DNA of 29,498 bases. Origin: a virus (taxonomy: Duplodnaviria; Caudoviricetes). The stretch lies in the IMG/VR virus record IMGVR_UViG_3300030708_002776, positions 1 to 29,498 of that record, one strand, 5' to 3'. A program made the position numbers and the translations under genes. The notes beneath the pieces are model-generated. The model was not told the DNA's origin. It searched no databases and saw only the letters and a list, made by a program, of their open reading frames with translations. This document shows positions 26,356-29,498 of the stretch, one piece after another (the first letter of the stretch is position 1; each line of letters starts with the position of its first letter).

Positions 26356-27004
26356 AGAAGGTTCTGAAATGAGACTTGACTTAATACGAGAACGATTCGG
26401 TATTCCTAATGCTATTCTCGATGTAGGAGCTCATAGAGGACAATTTTTTACGTGGTCAAAAAAAGTATGGCCAGATACACCTATTTGGATGATAGAGGCT
26501 AATGAGATACACGAGCCATATCTAAAAGAATTATGTAGTAAATACAATGACCAATATTTGATTTCAACATTGGGTGATTCAAACAGAAACGTTAACTTTT
26601 ATACTAGAAGTGATAAACCAAAAACTGAAGGAGCCTCATACTATAAAGAGACAACCTATTGGGATATACCACACCTAGTAAAAGAGATACCTAAAACACT
26701 TCAAACTTTAGATGAACTATTTGAAGAGGGTAGTTATTTCGACCTCGTGAAATTAGACACTCAAGGTTCAGAAGTTGATATATTAAAAGGAGGTTCTAAG
26801 TTATGTCAGAAAGCAGCTGCAATAATTGTTGAAGTCTCTTACGTAGATTACAATGAAGGAGCTCCTAAGTCTGATGAGGTTATCAAGTTTATGTCAGATT
26901 ATGGTTACGGTCAATACTTTGAGATAGGAGAACATTACTCGAATGAACCTCAATGGAAAGACATCGCAATTCAAAAAGATTTATGTTTTTACAAATCAAA
27001 TTAA
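26348..27004 (+). CDS. FkbM family methyltransferase
   Basis: LDVGAHRG, IEAN, TLDEL, VKLDTQGSEVDILKG, VEVS, QKDLCF; likely start ATG 26348. Confidence 0.92.
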   Translation: MYKEGSEMRLDLIRERFGIPNAILDVGAHRGQFFTWSKKVWPDTPIWMIEANEIHEPYLKELCSKYNDQYLISTLGDSNRNVNFYTRSDKPKTEGASYYKETTYWDIPHLVKEIPKTLQTLDELFEEGSYFDLVKLDTQGSEVDILKGGSKLCQKAAAIIVEVSYVDYNEGAPKSDEVIKFMSDYGYGQYFEIGEHYSNEPQWKDIAIQKDLCFYKSN

Positions 27005-27029
27005 ATAATTATTATAAAGAGGAGTTATT

Positions 27030-27863
27030 ATGCACACTTACGTTATAGCAGAAGTAGGTATTAATCACAACGGAGACATTGAATTAGCTAAAGAACTTAT
27101 TCACAAAGCCTTTATTGCTGGTTGTGATGCTGTCAAGTTTCAAAAACGTGATATTGAATCAGTTTATACTCAAGAGGAACTAGACACTCCAAGAGAGTCT
27201 CCTTTCGGGACAACAACCAGAGAACAAAAAGAAGGTATTGAATTTAATATCAAACAATATAAGGAACTTCAGGCTTATGCTGAAGAGTTGAGTTTAGATT
27301 TTATCGTATCGTGTTGGGACCAAATGAGTTTGTTTCAAGTCGAAAAACATCTTGACGTTAAGTATCATAAAGTAGCTTCAGCTATGGCTACCGATAAGGA
27401 GTTTCTCGAAAAGTTAAACGAAACAAACAAACCTGTTATCTTATCGGTTGGAATGTGTACGGATGAAGAAGTAGAAGCCGCTATGAATATATTAGACAAT
27501 GTTGAATATGTTTTAGCTTGCACAAGTACGTATCCTACAGCTCCAGAAGAAGTAAATTTACGTTATTTAGAAACACTAAAGAGATTATATCCAAATACAA
27601 AAGTCGGTTTTTCTAATCATTATAATGGAATGGATGCTTGTGTCGGTAGTGTGGCTTTAGGAGCTGAGTGTGTTGAGTTTCATATTACAAAACAAAGAGC
27701 TATGTATGGGTCTGACCAAGCTGCTTCGATACAAGATGTTGATGATTTATGTGATGCAATCAGAAAAATGGAAGTTATGTTAGGTGATGGTATAAAGGTT
27801 GTCTACGATACAGAGAAACCTATAGCTCAAAAACTAAGAAAAGTAAATAATACCGTTGAGTGA
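27030..27863 (+). CDS. neuB: N-acetylneuraminate (nonulosonate) synthase family protein, TIM barrel only
   Basis: IAEVGINHNG, AVKFQ, KVAS, STYPT, GFSNH, EFHIT, SDQAAS; GAGGAG RBS. Confidence 0.92.
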   Translation: MHTYVIAEVGINHNGDIELAKELIHKAFIAGCDAVKFQKRDIESVYTQEELDTPRESPFGTTTREQKEGIEFNIKQYKELQAYAEELSLDFIVSCWDQMSLFQVEKHLDVKYHKVASAMATDKEFLEKLNETNKPVILSVGMCTDEEVEAAMNILDNVEYVLACTSTYPTAPEEVNLRYLETLKRLYPNTKVGFSNHYNGMDACVGSVALGAECVEFHITKQRAMYGSDQAASIQDVDDLCDAIRKMEVMLGDGIKVVYDTEKPIAQKLRKVNNTVE

Positions 27864-29498
27864 TATTCTAAAAGAAATTTCGTACAAGGAATTAGAAGGT
27901 ATAAAGGTTACATTTATCAATATGCCTCTAAGAGAAGCTGCTCTTCCTAATACACCTCCTGAAGGTCCTGGAATATTAGCCGCTATCGTCAGAAGATACG
28001 GAGGACAACCTTCAATTATTGATTTGAATGGTTACAGAATAAAAGACAAGTTAAGTGAAAAGAGAGGTCTACCGAACGGAAGACATTTAACATATCGAGA
28101 AGCTGAAGATATGATTTCTAAACATATCGAAAATGTAGGTGACCAAGATATTATAGCTTTCTCAGGTAAAATTACAACTTTGAGATGGCAAGAAGAAGTA
28201 GCTAAAATGATAAGACGAATACAACCTGATTGTTTTTTAGTTACAGGTAATGGATTAGCTACTGAAATCAAAGGAGGATTATTTACTTGGATACCTGAGT
28301 TAGACGCTATAGCAAGGTCAGAAGGTGATGGAATAATCATAGACATTTGTAAAGATGGAAAGTTAGTCAAAGAAAAGGGAATAAAAAAGGCTATAAACTC
28401 AGGTAAGTTAAGTAGTGGATATGCGGGTGAAATATTAAATAAACAAAGATTTATTTATGAAGGATTTAGGCCATCTAACTTAGATGACATTCCGTATGCT
28501 GCCTTGGACCTACTAGAAAATGACCCATACGGTTACAATGTTTTAGAAGATTATATCAATACACCAGTTTGGGGTATAGCAGCTAATAATAGTTCTGCTA
28601 CACCTTTCACTATGAAACGTAGTTTGACTTCAGTCAGTAGTAGAGGTTGTCCTTATGCTTGTGCCTTTTGTTACAGAGGAGCTCAAGGTGAGAGAAACTA
28701 TGGAATGAGAAGTGCTAATCATATAGCAATTCAAATTAGAGGTTACGTTGACAAATATGATTTAGACTTTATTGGTTTTCCTGATGATAACTTTGCTGTT
28801 GATAAGAGAAGAATTAATGAAATGGTTCCTGTCTTTAAAGATTTTGGTCTTGACCACGTAAGATGGGGTACTCATACTAGAATGGATGAAGCTGACGAGA
28901 GAGCTTATAAGATGGCAGAGTCAGGTTGTGTATATATAGGATTCGGAGCTGAATCAGCTGATGAACATACATTAACAAGAATGCAAAAGGGAGGATTTAT
29001 ACTGAAGAACGGACTTGTCCCGACTAAAGTAAATGGTAATACTTATCAGTTTCCTAAAACTATGATGACAGCAGTTGAGACGTGTGCTGATGCCGGAATA
29101 CATGCAAATTGTACTTGGATTATGGCTTATCCAGGAGAAGATTTAAAACACTTGAAGACAAGTGTAGCTTTTATACTTTGGCAACAACAATTTTGGACTA
29201 AAGGGCATCAAAAGGGCTCTGATTCTTATGAAAGATTAAGGGACGGAGTTAATAGAGCTATGTTTACAGCAACAGCTTATCCAGGAACTGAAATGTGGAA
29301 AGTTGTTAGAAGAGATTTACAGAAACACTTCGACATAAGTTTTGATGGTATGGGAGAACCTGTTTGTGATGATAATTTTCATAATTATGTTTTGGAACTA
29401 GATGACGCTACTAAAATATTGAATGATAAAGACGGAAATCCTGTAAACTTTGGTGATATGTCGATGGACCAATTCTTACAAGCAAGAGAACATATCGA
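27856..29498 (+). CDS. B12-binding-domain radical SAM enzyme, 3'-truncated (absent from ORF track)
   Basis: Frame is open from TTG 27856 to the window end: PPEGPGILAA, SEGD, SSRGCPYACAFC (CxxxCxxC at 28648-28671), FPDDNF, GFGAES, AYPGE, AYPGT. Confidence 0.9.
   Translation, partial: MSDILKEISYKELEGIKVTFINMPLREAALPNTPPEGPGILAAIVRRYGGQPSIIDLNGYRIKDKLSEKRGLPNGRHLTYREAEDMISKHIENVGDQDIIAFSGKITTLRWQEEVAKMIRRIQPDCFLVTGNGLATEIKGGLFTWIPELDAIARSEGDGIIIDICKDGKLVKEKGIKKAINSGKLSSGYAGEILNKQRFIYEGFRPSNLDDIPYAALDLLENDPYGYNVLEDYINTPVWGIAANNSSATPFTMKRSLTSVSSRGCPYACAFCYRGAQGERNYGMRSANHIAIQIRGYVDKYDLDFIGFPDDNFAVDKRRINEMVPVFKDFGLDHVRWGTHTRMDEADERAYKMAESGCVYIGFGAESADEHTLTRMQKGGFILKNGLVPTKVNGNTYQFPKTMMTAVETCADAGIHANCTWIMAYPGEDLKHLKTSVAFILWQQQFWTKGHQKGSDSYERLRDGVNRAMFTATAYPGTEMWKVVRRDLQKHFDISFDGMGEPVCDDNFHNYVLELDDATKILNDKDGNPVNFGDMSMDQFLQAREHI

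Noticed and set aside
260-28370. All minus-strand ORFs in the track, plus nested + strand ORFs 14820..15098 and 22328..22510
   Set aside because: They overlap well-supported + strand genes and show no recognisable motifs; treated as shadow frames.
1-29498. Stop-codon reassignment
   Set aside because: Genes are full length under the standard code, and TAA, TGA and TAG all end genes right before the next start (e.g. TAG at 16512 and 17905).
1-29498. Cellular (archaeal or bacterial) origin suggested by PolB, RFC-like and LPS-like genes
   Set aside because: gp32-like SSB, gp41-like helicase, gp45/gp62-like genes and the compact single-strand layout fit a large phage; no ribosomal or other cellular markers. 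Structural genes are absent from the window, so this remains an inference.
1-29498. tRNA genes and intrinsic terminators
   Set aside because: Intergenic gaps are under 100 nt; no cloverleaf or GC hairpin followed by a U-tract was seen.

Overview
AT-rich, gene-dense window with all credible genes on the + strand, standard genetic code and Shine-Dalgarno-type RBSs. It reads as part of a large dsDNA bacteriophage with a T4-like replisome. 1-1.9 kb: a 5'-truncated large protein and a hypothetical. 2.0-13.5 kb: replication/recombination block (gp32-like SSB, RecA/UvsX, 5'-3' exonuclease, DnaB/gp41 helicase, B12-dependent class II ribonucleotide reductase, family B polymerase, sliding clamp, RFC/gp44-like and gp62-like clamp loader subunits). 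13.5-16.5 kb: small unit with Nmad1/DUF1599, a Cas4/AddB-like nuclease and a SLOG protein. 16.5 kb to the end: a >13 kb glycan-building and decorating cluster (about 8 glycosyltransferase-like genes, 3 methyltransferase domains, a cytidylyltransferase, a short NeuB and a B12-radical SAM enzyme missing from the ORF track). Non-coding and compositional signals: no GATC found in a manual pass, a duplicated 40-bp promoter, a second recurring upstream motif, structured elements flanking the SSB gene, and a hidden 51-aa overlapping ORF. All product calls come from motif recognition by eye; no searches were run.
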